Positions 16,967-27,883 are shown, numbered from the stretch's first letter. The stretch: 64,000 nucleotides of DNA from Pyrinomonadaceae bacterium (GCA_041751735.1 JBGSWW010000156.1:29330-93329); one strand, 5' to 3'. Notes: a model not told the origin generated them from the letters alone. Numbers and translations are program-made.

Positions 16967-19900
16967 TCAAGAACGTATGCGTGAGATAGTTTTGCGTGCC
17001 GTTGCGATCGGGTCGGCGGTTTTGACGGGGACGCGGAGGATGCCGTTGGGGGAGAAAGCTGCGCCTTCTTCTTCGTCGAGGAATTTCATTAGTTTTTCCG
17101 GCGAGACGAGAGCGGTTTCGCCGAGTTTTATGGCGACGCCTTCCGTACCCTTGTCTATCGACACGAGGCCCATTTGTTCGGCGAGCTTGCGGAGGCGGCC
17201 GTAAGCGAAGAGGTTCTCGACGGAACGCGGAATGCGGCCGTAGCGGTCCTCGATCTCAGCGTGGATCTGCATGAGCGTTTCCTCGGTCTCGGCGGATGAG
17301 ATGCGTTTGTAGGTACGCAGACGTTGGCTGGCCTCGGCGATATAGTCTTTTGGAATGGAGACGTCGACCCCTAAATTAATGGACACGCTCGTTTCGTCCG
17401 CGATCTCGTCGCCACGTAGCTCGGCGATGGTACGCTCGAGCATTTTTGTGTAAAGGTCGAAGCCGAGGGCGTCAAGATGGCCGGATTGCTGGCCGCCTAG
17501 GATGTTGCCAGCACCGCGGAGTTCGAGGTCGAGTGCTGCGAGGCGAAATCCGGCGCCGAGGTCCGAGAATTCGCGGATCGCGGAAAGGCGGCGGCGGGCG
17601 ATCGGCGTCAATTCCAATTCGCTCGGGATAAGCAGGTAGGCATAGGCTCGCCGGTTCGAGCGTCCCACGCGTCCGCGAAGCTGGTATAGCTGCGAGAGGC
17701 CGTAATTGTCGGCCCGATTGATGATAATAGTGTTTGCTCGCGGGATATCGATTCCGTTCTCGATGATCGTCGTCGCGACGAGGATGTCGTACTTGTAATC
17801 GATAAAATCGAGCATGACCTGTTCCATCTCGGCCTCGTTCATCTGGCCGTGGCCGATAGCCATGCGGGCATTTGGCACGATCTTTTTAACTAGCGCGGCG
17901 ATCGCCTCGATTGTTTCCACGCGGTTGTGGATGAAAAAAACCTGGCCGTTGCGTGCGAGTTCGAGTTCGACAGCGGAACGGATCACACCCTCGGAAAACT
18001 GGAGCACCTGCGTATTGATCGCCAGACGGTCGCGCGGCGGGGTCTCGATCACCGACATATCTCGCATTCCGAGGAGAGACATGTTGAGCGTCCGCGGTAT
18101 CGGCGTTGCCGACAGCGTAAGGACATCGACCTTTTTCTTGAGCTGCTTGAGTTTTTCCTTATGCCCGACACCGAAACGCTGCTCCTCGTCGACCACGACC
18201 AGGCCGAGCTTTGGCATCTTGACGTCGTTGGAAAGTATGCGATGCGTCCCGATAAGTACGTCTACGTCGCCCTTGCCAGCCGACTCGGCCACAGCCTTTT
18301 GCTCTTTGCTGGTGCGGAAGCGTGACAGCAGATCGATCTTGATCGGAAACGCCGCGAAGCGTTTCTTAAAAGTCTCGAAATGCTGATACGCGAGTACGGT
18401 GGTCGGGGTCAGGATTGCCGTTTGCTTTCCGTCCATGACTGCCTTGAACGCGGCCCGCATCGCGACCTCGGTTTTGCCGTAACCGACATCGCCGACGATC
18501 AGACGGTCCATCGGCATTGCGGTTTCCATATCGGTTTTGACGTCCTCGATTGCGGCGGCCTGGTCCACCGTGAGGTCGTATGGAAACGCATCCTCAAATT
18601 CGTGCTGCCACGGGGCGTCCGGCGAAAATGCGTAGCCGCGGACCAACTTTCGCTCGGCATATAGCCGCAAAAGCTCATCGGCCATGTCACGCATCGCGCG
18701 TTTCGCCTTCGCTTTTGTCTTTTGCCAGCCGATGCCGCCGAGCCGGTCGAGTGTGGGTGACGTGGCTTCGCCAGACGAATAACGGGAAACGAGGTCCATG
18801 CGTTCTACCGGCACGAAGAGCTTTGCGTCGTCCGAGTAGATGAGGAGCATGAACTCGCGTTCCGATCCCTGTGACGATATGGTCTGGAGGCCGTCAAAAC
18901 GTCCGATTCCATGATCGACGTGGACGACATAATCGCCGGGTTTTAGGTCGCGAAAGTCTGATATAAATGCACCGAGACGGCTTTTTGGGCGCGCGCCGCG
19001 GGGTTGAGCCGGCCGGAACTGCGCCGACGAAGTTTCACCGAAAATATCGGTCTCGGCATAGAAGACCGTGCCGAATGCCGGAAGTTCAAAGCCGCCCGAG
19101 AGGAAGCCGATCTCGATCGAATCTGAGGGAAGGGCGATGTCGTATTCACGAAGGATCTCGTCAAGACGCTCGGCCATACCGGGCGTTTCGAGGACAACGC
19201 GGGTATCAGGGGTGGTCGATTTCTCCGCATTTAGCTCGGCTACGAACGCAGGGAAATCGCCGTTGAACTTTCTGGTTGATCGGGAAAGCAGCTCGATCTC
19301 AACGGCTTTTTCAGTCGTCGGAAAAAGGTAAAGCGGGGAAGTTGATGCGTTTTCGGCAAGCGAAAACTCCTCATCGGTTGCCGATGCGGTCCGCCCGAGC
19401 GATCGCAATTCCATATGCTGTTTTGCACCTAGCTTCGACCTGAGTTCGTCTGCCGTCAGAAACAACTCGGAGGGTTCGAGGCCGATGTCACCAAGCTCGT
19501 CGAGGGCCCGGTAGCTTGTGTCGATATGTTCGTAAAGTGCTGTGAGCGAATGTTCTAGTGCCGAGGGCTCGTCGATAACAAAAATACATTCGGGAAGGTG
19601 ATCGAAGATCGTCGCCGATAGCGGCCTGACGATGGGGATCAGGAATTCCCAGCCAGAGAAGGTCTCGCCGTTCTCGGCAAAATCCGTCCTGTCCTTGAGA
19701 TTCCTCGCATAGCGCCCATCGGCGAATCGATCTCGGGCGAAAAACGCCCAGTCTTTTAGGTCCTGCGGTGAAAACGAGAATTCGCGCATGGGTGCAATGG
19801 CTATCGTGTCCATGTGCCCCGTCGAAAGCTGTGTCTCGGCGTCGAAAGACCGGATCGAATCGACGGTGTCGCCAAAGAATTCGACTCTGACAGGCGTATC

Positions 19901-20467
19901 GGCGTCTGGTGACCACACGTCGACGATCCCGCCGCGGACCGAAAATTGGCCCGGCGCGTAAAGCGGGTCTTCGCGAACGTAGCCTCCAGCGATCAGGGTC
20001 GCTACGAGCGATCCAGGCGGGAATTCGCCATCGCGAATAAGGGTGCAGCCCAGCGCAGCGACCTCATCGGGCTTAGCCGTCCTCTGGATCAAGGATCTGG
20101 TCGAGAGTATGACGAGGCCCGCTTCCTTCTGCCGGAGCTGCCATAAGGCAAGGGCGCGGAGCTCCTGGGTCTCAGCATGCGGCGAGACTCCCGAGTACGG
20201 GTCGGCCTCGAATGACGGCAGCGAGACGATCGATGAGAGGCCCTCTTTCCCTTCGGAGTTGAAGAAATCGAGGTCTTTTTCCCAGGTTTCGAGATCAGTA
20301 TTCGATTCGGCAACGATCGCGAAGCTGCGTCCGGTCTCGGCCCGGAGCCGGGAAATGACGCAGGCCTTAGCCGCGGGCGAGGTTAGCCCTGCGACGCTGA
20401 TAATGCGAGAACCCTTTTCGACCTCGCCCTTGATCTCGGCAAATCCACTCACCATAAAACACACCAA
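16967..20467 (-). CDS. mfd: transcription-repair coupling factor Mfd
   Basis: 1166 aa. RNAP-interaction region (DYVVHVDHGIGRF). Walker A GDVGYGKTEVAMRAAF. DEEQ box VVDEEQRFG. Helicase C motifs (QLRGRVGRS). C-terminal D7 region. Confidence 0.97.
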   Translation of the reverse strand: MVCFMVSGFAEIKGEVEKGSRIISVAGLTSPAAKACVISRLRAETGRSFAIVAESNTDLETWEKDLDFFNSEGKEGLSSIVSLPSFEADPYSGVSPHAETQELRALALWQLRQKEAGLVILSTRSLIQRTAKPDEVAALGCTLIRDGEFPPGSLVATLIAGGYVREDPLYAPGQFSVRGGIVDVWSPDADTPVRVEFFGDTVDSIRSFDAETQLSTGHMDTIAIAPMREFSFSPQDLKDWAFFARDRFADGRYARNLKDRTDFAENGETFSGWEFLIPIVRPLSATIFDHLPECIFVIDEPSALEHSLTALYEHIDTSYRALDELGDIGLEPSELFLTADELRSKLGAKQHMELRSLGRTASATDEEFSLAENASTSPLYLFPTTEKAVEIELLSRSTRKFNGDFPAFVAELNAEKSTTPDTRVVLETPGMAERLDEILREYDIALPSDSIEIGFLSGGFELPAFGTVFYAETDIFGETSSAQFRPAQPRGARPKSRLGAFISDFRDLKPGDYVVHVDHGIGRFDGLQTISSQGSEREFMLLIYSDDAKLFVPVERMDLVSRYSSGEATSPTLDRLGGIGWQKTKAKAKRAMRDMADELLRLYAERKLVRGYAFSPDAPWQHEFEDAFPYDLTVDQAAAIEDVKTDMETAMPMDRLIVGDVGYGKTEVAMRAAFKAVMDGKQTAILTPTTVLAYQHFETFKKRFAAFPIKIDLLSRFRTSKEQKAVAESAGKGDVDVLIGTHRILSNDVKMPKLGLVVVDEEQRFGVGHKEKLKQLKKKVDVLTLSATPIPRTLNMSLLGMRDMSVIETPPRDRLAINTQVLQFSEGVIRSAVELELARNGQVFFIHNRVETIEAIAALVKKIVPNARMAIGHGQMNEAEMEQVMLDFIDYKYDILVATTIIENGIDIPRANTIIINRADNYGLSQLYQLRGRVGRSNRRAYAYLLIPSELELTPIARRRLSAIREFSDLGAGFRLAALDLELRGAGNILGGQQSGHLDALGFDLYTKMLERTIAELRGDEIADETSVSINLGVDVSIPKDYIAEASQRLRTYKRISSAETEETLMQIHAEIEDRYGRIPRSVENLFAYGRLRKLAEQMGLVSIDKGTEGVAIKLGETALVSPEKLMKFLDEEEGAAFSPNGILRVPVKTADPIATARKTISRIRS

Positions 20468-20681
20468 GCCGCCGAGTACGCGAGTGGGCAGGGCATCCCA
20501 CTTCCATCGCGAACTCTTGCGGTATCTCTATTCTGCCATAGTGAAAGGGAGAAACACGACTGACGGGTGTGGGCCCACATTTCCGATAGGGTTCGACCAC
20601 GACGGGAACCCGGTTTCATGGGGGCAAATTGCGTTATTCCTACGAGGTTTGTTCTAATCTGTATCTTGCCAGGAGTTAATT

Positions 20682-22520
20682 ATGGACGTACCGGAATTTA
20701 CGGAGATTGTTGAACAGAACGACCAGACCGCGGCTCGGCGGGAGCATCTGGAAAAGCTGCAGGAACTGGTCGGGAATGTGTATCCGAATAAGTTTGACCG
20801 CTCAGATGTTAGCGGCGCTGAAGACACGATCACCGCTCTCAAACAGTTCGGAAAGATCGCCGATGTCGAAGCGAAGATGGCGGAGATAAAGGCGAAACTC
20901 GACGAGGGACAGCGTCCGGCCCCCGAGGACAAGGAACCTCTCAATGAGGAACTTAAAGCGGTCGGAACTGTTCGCATCGCCGGCCGGCTAACGACGCCTA
21001 CCCGCGGCAACTTTGTCCATCTGACGGATGGAAAGTCCAAGCTGCAGGTGTACTGCAACAAAAAAGGGCCGCTCGCGCTCATAAAAAACGATGGGGCAAA
21101 CACTCTCGACGACGCGAACGGCTGGGCGCTATGGCAATTGCTTGACCACGGCGATTTCATCGGTGTCGAGGGATATTTGTTTGTAACGAACACGGGCGAG
21201 GTCAGCGTTCACGTCGAAAAATTGCAATTCCTAGCAAAGGCAATGCTGCCGATGCCTGACAAGATGCATGGCATCGCCGATCCTGAGCTGCAGAGGCGTT
21301 TTCGTTATGCTGATCTGATCGCGTCAACGCTGCAGGTCGAGCATGAGGGCCTGACAACGCGCGAAGTCTTCGAGCGTCGTGCCAAGTTGATCTCAGGAAT
21401 GCGCCGCTTTCTCGATGACGCGGGCTTTATCGAGGTCGAAACGCCGATGCTCACGCCAAAGGCGACCGGTGCGGCGGCGAGACCGTTCGAGACACATCAC
21501 AATGCCCTCGACATTCCGCTGTATGCACGCGTTGCGCCCGAGCTCTATCTCAAACGTCTGGTCGTTGGCGGCTTTGAAAAGGTCTACGAACTCAACCGCA
21601 ACTTCCGCAACGAAGGCCTCTCCCAGCGTCACAACCCCGAATTCACCATGCTCGAATTCTACATCGCCTACATGGATGTGAACGGGATGATGGATTTTGC
21701 GGAGAAGATGATCCAGAACGTCGTTGCACGGGCGAATAACGGCAGCCTGGTCGTGACATATGGCGATAACGAGATAGATTTTTCAGAGTTTGAAAGATTA
21801 ACGATGGTTGAAGCTATTATTTCAAAGTCGCCAAAAGTTATTGGGGCATACGATCCAAAAATGGAAGGCGAAAACAAAGAATTTGCACAATGGCTAAGAG
21901 AAAAATCGAATGCCAGATTTTTTCATGAAACGATGAAATCAGTTCAAGAAAATTGGTCAAAGAATGAAAGAGGTGAATACTTCTATGATCTTGATGATAA
22001 GGCTAGCGATGATATTCGAAGCCTTGAAATTAGAAAACTATATAAAGACATTGAACTGAAAAAATCCGAAATAGACCAAGATATTTTGGCTTTATTTGAA
22101 GATTTTGTTGAAGGGAATTTGGTTCAGCCCACATTCATCATCGATTATCCAAAGTCCATCTCGCCGCTCTCTAAGGCCGATCCTTCAAACCCGAACATTG
22201 CGGAGCGATTCGAGCTTTTCATTAACGGGATGGAAGTAGCCAACGGATTCAGCGAGTTAAACGATCCGAAAGAGCAGTACGACCGATTTATCGAACAGAT
22301 GGAACAACGCGAAGGCGGCGATGAAGAAGCGATGGTGCTCGACGAAGACTATATCCGGGCCCTCAGCTACGGCATGCCGCCCGCGGCCGGTATTGGTATC
22401 GGCATCGACCGTTTGGTGATGCTGCTGACGAATAAACACTCGATCCGCGACGTGATTCTTTTCCCGCATATGCGCCCAGAAAAGAAGTCCACGACAGGCG
22501 ACACGGAGAGCAGTGAATAG
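20682..22520 (+). CDS. lysS: lysine--tRNA ligase, class II (long form, 612 aa)
   Basis: OB-fold N-domain. Motif 2 region [62 protein letters not shown]. Motif 3 region [21 protein letters not shown]. Contains a low-GC expanded insertion (see findings). Confidence 0.97.
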   Translation: MDVPEFTEIVEQNDQTAARREHLEKLQELVGNVYPNKFDRSDVSGAEDTITALKQFGKIADVEAKMAEIKAKLDEGQRPAPEDKEPLNEELKAVGTVRIAGRLTTPTRGNFVHLTDGKSKLQVYCNKKGPLALIKNDGANTLDDANGWALWQLLDHGDFIGVEGYLFVTNTGEVSVHVEKLQFLAKAMLPMPDKMHGIADPELQRRFRYADLIASTLQVEHEGLTTREVFERRAKLISGMRRFLDDAGFIEVETPMLTPKATGAAARPFETHHNALDIPLYARVAPELYLKRLVVGGFEKVYELNRNFRNEGLSQRHNPEFTMLEFYIAYMDVNGMMDFAEKMIQNVVARANNGSLVVTYGDNEIDFSEFERLTMVEAIISKSPKVIGAYDPKMEGENKEFAQWLREKSNARFFHETMKSVQENWSKNERGEYFYDLDDKASDDIRSLEIRKLYKDIELKKSEIDQDILALFEDFVEGNLVQPTFIIDYPKSISPLSKADPSNPNIAERFELFINGMEVANGFSELNDPKEQYDRFIEQMEQREGGDEEAMVLDEDYIRALSYGMPPAAGIGIGIDRLVMLLTNKHSIRDVILFPHMRPEKKSTTGDTESSE

Positions 22521-22597
22521 GAAAGAGCAGTCGATTGTTTTGCACCTGACTAACATGTAGGCCTTTACCCCTCATTATTGCGGTCGGAGGTATAGAT

Positions 22598-22876
22598 ATG
22601 GGACAGGAAACAGATCTTTGGGAAAAAGAAACCAGCAATGAGGCTGAGCGGACGGAAAAGCGAAAGCCAATGGAGTCGGCAACCGGACGCGATATGCCCT
22701 CGGGTGACGGCGACGTCGGTGATGAGCAGGTCAACGCGATCGGATCCGGCGCAGGGGACGGCCTGATCGGTCATGACCATTCCACGGATGTGGAGGGTCG
22801 CAGGGAGCCAAGTGATGGAGTTGGGGCTGTCCAGGATGACTCGCTGCCGCTCAAGTCACGTGCCAATATCGATTAG
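22598..22876 (+). CDS. small acidic protein of unknown function
   Basis: 92 aa ORF with a GGAGG RBS 8 nt upstream. Low-complexity D/E/G-rich sequence. Confidence 0.4.
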   Translation: MGQETDLWEKETSNEAERTEKRKPMESATGRDMPSGDGDVGDEQVNAIGSGAGDGLIGHDHSTDVEGRREPSDGVGAVQDDSLPLKSRANID

Positions 22877-22895
22877 TAGTTGAGGTAGTGGGAGT

Positions 22896-22913
22896 GGGCG
22901 GGCAAGCCCGCCC
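22896..22913. terminator. GC-rich hairpin between convergent genes
   Basis: gggcgggcaagcccgccc is a palindrome giving a 6-8 bp GC stem. No clear U tract on either strand. Confidence 0.4.
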
Positions 22914-22930
22914 CTTAACACTGGGGGACT

Positions 22931-24001
22931 CTACTTAGTCGCCACGTAATACGTGTTCATGAAGTCGTGCTCGAGCTGATTTAGCTTGATGTCCTTGAAA
23001 CCTGCCTCCTTCATCATTTCCACGGCCTTTTCTTCGCCCCACATTGCACCAAGGCCTTCGCCGTCGTACGCAAGTGAGACGGTCATGCAGTGGGTCAGGG
23101 AGATCGTATAAAGAAACGGTGATACCGGGTGCTCGAGGTTTTTCTCGAGATGGCTTGAGCCCGCAATGTCCTGCGCGAGATAGACACCGTCCGCTCGCAG
23201 GGCTTGTGAAATGCTTGCGAGCATAGCTGCCGGTTTGGCCTGATCGTGGATCGAATCGAAAGACGTGATCAGGTCGTAGGCTTCGGTCTCGCCGATCGCG
23301 GCGGCGTCACGGACCTCAAAGCGAATGTTTTTAAGCCCGGCTTTTTCTGCCTCGACGATCGCTCGCCCTGTACCGACCACCGAAAAATCATATCCGGCGA
23401 ATCGGCTGTTAGGATACGCTTTTGCGAGCTCGATCATTGCCCGCCCAGCTCCGCAGCCGACGTCCAGAACGTCGATGCCGGCTTTCAATCTCTCTTTTAA
23501 CCCTGGTGCGAGAGGTATAATGTGCGAGTGTAGCGCCGCGACGGTTGTTTGACCGCTTTCGGCGGCCATCACCTCGTGAAACCGGGGATACTCGGAATAC
23601 GGGACGCCGCCACCTTTGCGAAAGCAGTCTACAAGTTTGTCCTCGACATTGCCGAGGACGGGGATAAACTGCATCGATGAGGCGAAGTTGTATTCACCAT
23701 CGTTGGTCAAATAGGCTGCGTGCTCGGCCGGAAGCTGGTAGGTTCGCGACTCGGGGTAATAATTTACGACGCTTCCGGTCACCATCGTTCCCAACCATTC
23801 GCGAACGTATCGTTCGTTAAGGCCCGCGGCCTCGGCGATCTGCTTCGAGGTCGCATCGGGCATTGTCGCCATAGTCGCAAACAGGCCGACCCGGTCTCCG
23901 ATACTCAGAGCTAATGCGATCGCACTTTTATTTAGGGTGTCTATGAGGCTTTCGGAAAAAGCCTCCGCTTTCTGCTGGTTATAGTTGCTGTCTTTCATCA
24001 T
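22931..24001 (-). CDS. class I SAM-dependent methyltransferase with N-terminal winged-helix-like dimerisation domain
   Basis: 356 aa. SAM motif VLDVGCGAGRAMIELA. The N-terminal roughly 100 aa resemble the O-methyltransferase-type wHTH. Confidence 0.75.
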   Translation of the reverse strand: MMKDSNYNQQKAEAFSESLIDTLNKSAIALALSIGDRVGLFATMATMPDATSKQIAEAAGLNERYVREWLGTMVTGSVVNYYPESRTYQLPAEHAAYLTNDGEYNFASSMQFIPVLGNVEDKLVDCFRKGGGVPYSEYPRFHEVMAAESGQTTVAALHSHIIPLAPGLKERLKAGIDVLDVGCGAGRAMIELAKAYPNSRFAGYDFSVVGTGRAIVEAEKAGLKNIRFEVRDAAAIGETEAYDLITSFDSIHDQAKPAAMLASISQALRADGVYLAQDIAGSSHLEKNLEHPVSPFLYTISLTHCMTVSLAYDGEGLGAMWGEEKAVEMMKEAGFKDIKLNQLEHDFMNTYYVATK

Positions 24002-24086
24002 GACTCCTTTATTTATGCTCTCTCCGGTCTAATTTCACGCCGGGTAAGGTGATTATTTCGTGCTAAGATTTCACGACCTCTCTTTG

Positions 24087-24932
24087 ATGAAGATCGTCCT
24101 ATACACCGGATTCGCCCTTATAGCGTTTGCTCTCAATTCCATCCTTTGCCGGATGGCACTGGGCAGCGGCGAGGCTGACGCAGTGAGTTTTACGGCCGTC
24201 CGCCTCGCCTCCGGTGCCATGATGCTCGCCATAATAGCGGCTTCATTAGGGAAGACGAAAATGGCTGTCAAAAGCGGACACTGGGCAGTGGCATTTTTTC
24301 TTTTTGTTTATGCGATCGCGTTTTCGCTCGCGTATCTGGGGCTGACGGCGGGTACGGGTGCCCTAATACTCTTTGGTTCTGTACAGATCACGATGGTCGC
24401 GGCGGCATTGATCCGAGGCGAACGGCCGGGTTCGTTCGAATGGATGGGACTCGGTGCAGCGGTCGGTGGATTGATCTATCTTGTCTTGCCCGGGCTTACT
24501 TCACCACCGCTCGCTGCCTCGCTTCTAATGGCAGTGGCGGGAATGGCGTGGGGCTTTTATACGATCCGGGGCAAAGGCAGCAAAGACCCGCTGGCGGACA
24601 CGGCCGGCAATTTTTTGCGTACGGTCCCGATGATCGCGCTCGTTGCCGCGGCCATGCTGCCCTGGCTGCAGATCACAGGAAAAGGGTTTTTGCTTGCTGT
24701 TCTTTCGGGAGCCGCGGCCTCGGGAGTTGGGTATACGGTCTGGTACGCAGCTTTGAAATATCACACTCCAACGCGGACGGCTGTCCTGCAGCTCGCGGTT
24801 CCAGTGCTGGTTGCGGTTTTGGGGATCGCATTGCTCGGCGAGGCGGCAACCTTGAGATTGGCGATCGCGGGGACGTTGATCCTTGGCGGGATCGGCCTAA
24901 CTAGCCTACGGAGGGAGGGAAAGCGAGAGTAG
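24087..24932 (+). CDS. DMT-superfamily (EamA-like) transporter
   Basis: About ten hydrophobic helices and a duplicated EamA-like layout. Start set at ATG 24087 (the ORF opens at GTG 24060). Confidence 0.8.
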   Translation: MKIVLYTGFALIAFALNSILCRMALGSGEADAVSFTAVRLASGAMMLAIIAASLGKTKMAVKSGHWAVAFFLFVYAIAFSLAYLGLTAGTGALILFGSVQITMVAAALIRGERPGSFEWMGLGAAVGGLIYLVLPGLTSPPLAASLLMAVAGMAWGFYTIRGKGSKDPLADTAGNFLRTVPMIALVAAAMLPWLQITGKGFLLAVLSGAAASGVGYTVWYAALKYHTPTRTAVLQLAVPVLVAVLGIALLGEAATLRLAIAGTLILGGIGLTSLRREGKRE

Positions 24933-25832
24933 TTATTCGACCGCGTGTTCGATAGCCTTTTTCAGATCCGGATATTTAAACTCAAACCCTGCATCGATCA
25001 GGCGTTTCGGCAAGGCCTTTGTGCTGGACAATAATAGCGCATCGCCCATTTCACCGAAGATCATGCTTACGGCAAATTCCGGCAGCGGAATGATCGTTGG
25101 GCGGTAGAGAATTTCGCCGAGCGTTTTCGTGAAATCGTAATTCGTGGCCGGATTCGGCGAAACCGCATTTACGGCACCTCGCAAATTTTCGTTCTCGATC
25201 GCGAAGTTGATAATCTCGACCTCGTCATCCAGCGAGATCCAGCTCATCCATTGTTTGCCGCTGCCGACGACGCCGCCGACACCGAGTTTGAAAGGTGTGA
25301 GCATTGTGCCGAGTGCCCCGCCGTCTTTCGACAGGACGATACCCGATCTCAACAGGACCGTACGAATTCCGGCATCCTCAGCCCGCCTCGCCTCTGATTC
25401 CCATTCCTTTGCGACGGCTGAAAGAAAGTCGTCACCGGCCGCACTGGATTCGGTGAGTTCCTCGTCACCGCGTTCTCCGTAGAAACCGACGGCCGAGGCA
25501 GCCACCAGAATCCGCGGACGCTGCTTAAGCCGGCTGATAGCATCGACAACGCTTCTTGTGCCAAGGACGCGGCTGTCGCGGATCGCCTTTTTCTTATCGT
25601 CGGTCCATCGGAGGCCGCTGATACTTTCACCGGCGAGGTGGACGACGGCATCGATGCCTTCAAGTCGTTCGGGATCGGAAAAGCCTTTTTGAATGTCCCA
25701 CTGGATCGAATGTTCATCCTTCGGCTCCGAGCGGGACGCCAGAAGCATTTCGTACCCTTTGTCACTCAATGATCGTTGAAGCGCATTGCCGATCAATCCC
25801 GTCGCTCCTGTGATGAGTACTTTCATAATCAC
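24933..25832 (-). CDS. TIGR01777/YfcH-like NAD-dependent epimerase family protein (SDR39U1)
   Basis: MKVLITGATGLIGNAL Rossmann motif. C-terminal DUF1731-like region. Its stop abuts the stop of the convergent transporter gene. Confidence 0.8.
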   Translation of the reverse strand: MIMKVLITGATGLIGNALQRSLSDKGYEMLLASRSEPKDEHSIQWDIQKGFSDPERLEGIDAVVHLAGESISGLRWTDDKKKAIRDSRVLGTRSVVDAISRLKQRPRILVAASAVGFYGERGDEELTESSAAGDDFLSAVAKEWESEARRAEDAGIRTVLLRSGIVLSKDGGALGTMLTPFKLGVGGVVGSGKQWMSWISLDDEVEIINFAIENENLRGAVNAVSPNPATNYDFTKTLGEILYRPTIIPLPEFAVSMIFGEMGDALLLSSTKALPKRLIDAGFEFKYPDLKKAIEHAVE

Positions 25833-26206
25833 CTATTATTGCCGCGAAGGTCCCGTTGGACAAAGTCGACCATCATGTTTAGCTCACGTTCCGTAAGGAT
25901 GCCGCGGAAGGGGACCATTCCGTTACCGCCGTTTGCGATGTGGTCATATATTTCGGCGTCCGACGAGTATTTGAAGGGAGCATTACGCAGGCCGGGTACC
26001 TGACGTCCATCAGACAATGTCTTGCCATCTCCTTCGGGACCGTGGCAGATAGCGCAGTTTTGACGGAATAACGACGCCTCGTATGTTTTACTGTCAGTGA
26101 TGGAATATCGGCCGGAACTCGTCATCGTACAGGCTAACCCGAACGAGATAAAAGCAAGGAGGACCGAGAGTTTTACCCGAAACTTTTTTGACTTCAGCTG
26201 GCTCAA
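25829..26206 (-). CDS. membrane-anchored monohaem class I cytochrome c
   Basis: Signal/anchor segment. Haem motif CAICHGPEGDG. Distal Met region GGNGMVPF. ATGA overlap with the downstream gene. Confidence 0.8.
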   Translation of the reverse strand: MSQLKSKKFRVKLSVLLAFISFGLACTMTSSGRYSITDSKTYEASLFRQNCAICHGPEGDGKTLSDGRQVPGLRNAPFKYSSDAEIYDHIANGGNGMVPFRGILTERELNMMVDFVQRDLRGNNR

Positions 26207-26230
26207 TTCGAATCACAATTTGCAAACGGC

Positions 26231-27835
26231 TCAACTAGCGTCCGACCGGACTTCCTCGCGCAGTGCCCTTTTGAAGATCTTTCCTGTACCGCCGATCGGC
26301 AGTTCATCGCGGAATTCGACATGCCGCGGATACTTATTAGCGGCGAACTGCCCCCGGCACCATTCGGTAAATTCGTCGCTGGTAAGTTCGTGGCCCTGTT
26401 TCACCACAAGAAAGGCTTTGACCTCTTCACCAAGTCTTTCGCAAGGCACACCGATGACGGCGCAGAGGGAAACGGCGGGATGGGTCATGATGACCTCCTC
26501 GAGCTCGCGTGGGTAAATATTATAGCCCCCGCGGAGGATCATATCCTTTTTGCGATCGACGATCGCGAGATAGCCTTCATCGTCCATAACGCCGATGTCA
26601 CCGGTGTGGAACCATCCGTTGCGAAAGGCCTCGACCGTAGCTTCAGGCCGTTTGTAGTAGCCTTTCATCACGTTGGTCCCGCGTATCACGACCTCACCCC
26701 GTTCCCCGATGGCAACTTCGCTGTCATTTTCATCGAAACAGCGAACATCGACCCCAAATATAGGTTGGCCCACTCTACCCGGTTTAGATGGCTTCTCAAA
26801 GTGGTTGAAAGTCGCCAGAGGCGATGTTTCCGACAGGCCGTATCCTTCGAGCACGCGAACGTTGAAACGCTCCTGAAATTGCCGCATTACTTCAACGGGC
26901 ATAGGAGCCCCGCCCGAGGTGCAAACTTTCATATTCCGGGTGATCGGGCCAATATCATATTCGTTCTCGTCGACATATTTGAGCAGTGCCCAATACATCG
27001 TCGGAACGCCTACCCAGAAATTCACCTTTTCACGGACCATCGCATCCAGGGTTGCCTTCGCATCAAATCGCGGCAGTAGGACGACCTTATTGCCTCCGTA
27101 CAGATTGCTGTTCATTTGCACCGTCTGGCCGGTGGTGTGAAACAAAGGCAGGGTGATCAGGCATGTCTTCTGCTCGCCGTCCGTAAAGTCCAGCATCGGG
27201 AGGTGGATGCTATACGTGGTGACGACGTTAGACCAGAGATTGAGGTGCGTCAGTTCAGCGCCCTTCGGTTGCCCTGTGGTGCCGGATGTATACAGGATCG
27301 CGCAGGTGTCATCGGGCCGGGTCGGATATATTTCGAATGTCTCGGGTTTATCAAATGTGATCTGCGTCAACGTTTTGTGATCTGCCAAGGGACTCTCGCC
27401 CATCAGATCCTTGGTCATCACGATCAAGTGCTCGCATGTAGGTACCTGATCGAATGCCTCCTTAACGCATTTGGCAAGCGGCAGTTCGTCCGTGCCCTCG
27501 AAAACAAATACCGCCTTGGCGTCAGAGTCGGTGAGGTGATAGGCGATCTCACGAGGTTTGAACAGAACGTTTAGCGGCACCACCGCAGCACCGGCCTTCA
27601 TAATGCCGTAATAAACGATCGGGAAGAACGGCAGATTCGGGCACGAGAGAGCTACTTTTTCGCCGCGGCCGATCCCCATTTCGGTCAATGCATTTGCGAC
27701 CCGGTTTGAGAGTTTATCGATCTCACCGAACGTTAAACGCACATTTTCCCAGATGACGGCCTCTTTCTGAGGCGCGAGCCGTGCGTGATGAGCGATCATC
27801 GACGCCAAATTTAGCGTTGTGGCGGTGCCTTCCAT
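26231..27835 (-). CDS. long-chain fatty-acid--CoA ligase (AMP-dependent synthetase)
   Basis: AMP-binding motif ILYTSGTTGQPKGA. Also GYGLSE, TGDIG..DEEGYL.IVDRKKD, GKI.KR. Confidence 0.9.
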   Translation of the reverse strand: MEGTATTLNLASMIAHHARLAPQKEAVIWENVRLTFGEIDKLSNRVANALTEMGIGRGEKVALSCPNLPFFPIVYYGIMKAGAAVVPLNVLFKPREIAYHLTDSDAKAVFVFEGTDELPLAKCVKEAFDQVPTCEHLIVMTKDLMGESPLADHKTLTQITFDKPETFEIYPTRPDDTCAILYTSGTTGQPKGAELTHLNLWSNVVTTYSIHLPMLDFTDGEQKTCLITLPLFHTTGQTVQMNSNLYGGNKVVLLPRFDAKATLDAMVREKVNFWVGVPTMYWALLKYVDENEYDIGPITRNMKVCTSGGAPMPVEVMRQFQERFNVRVLEGYGLSETSPLATFNHFEKPSKPGRVGQPIFGVDVRCFDENDSEVAIGERGEVVIRGTNVMKGYYKRPEATVEAFRNGWFHTGDIGVMDDEGYLAIVDRKKDMILRGGYNIYPRELEEVIMTHPAVSLCAVIGVPCERLGEEVKAFLVVKQGHELTSDEFTEWCRGQFAANKYPRHVEFRDELPIGGTGKIFKRALREEVRSDAS

Positions 27836-27883
27836 ACCTGAATATACTGGAGTTAGAACTGATCTATTCTGTGAACGCCGCCA

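Noticed and set aside
20468-20681. T-box or lysine riboswitch in the 214-nt lysS leader
   Set aside because: I could not find the conserved T-box sequence or L-box core motifs by eye, only minor hairpins. This remains untested without a covariance-model search.
26321-27079. Long antisense ORFs inside well-supported genes. The set is 26321-27079, 46727-47476, 55880-56557, 48813-49529, 38805-39452, 16045-16764, 20654-21193, 42549-43124, 17814-18386 and 28367-28879.
   Set aside because: Each lies opposite a gene with clear family motifs. Each has low-complexity R/S/P/A-rich translations typical of GC-rich antisense frames, and none has a plausible RBS.
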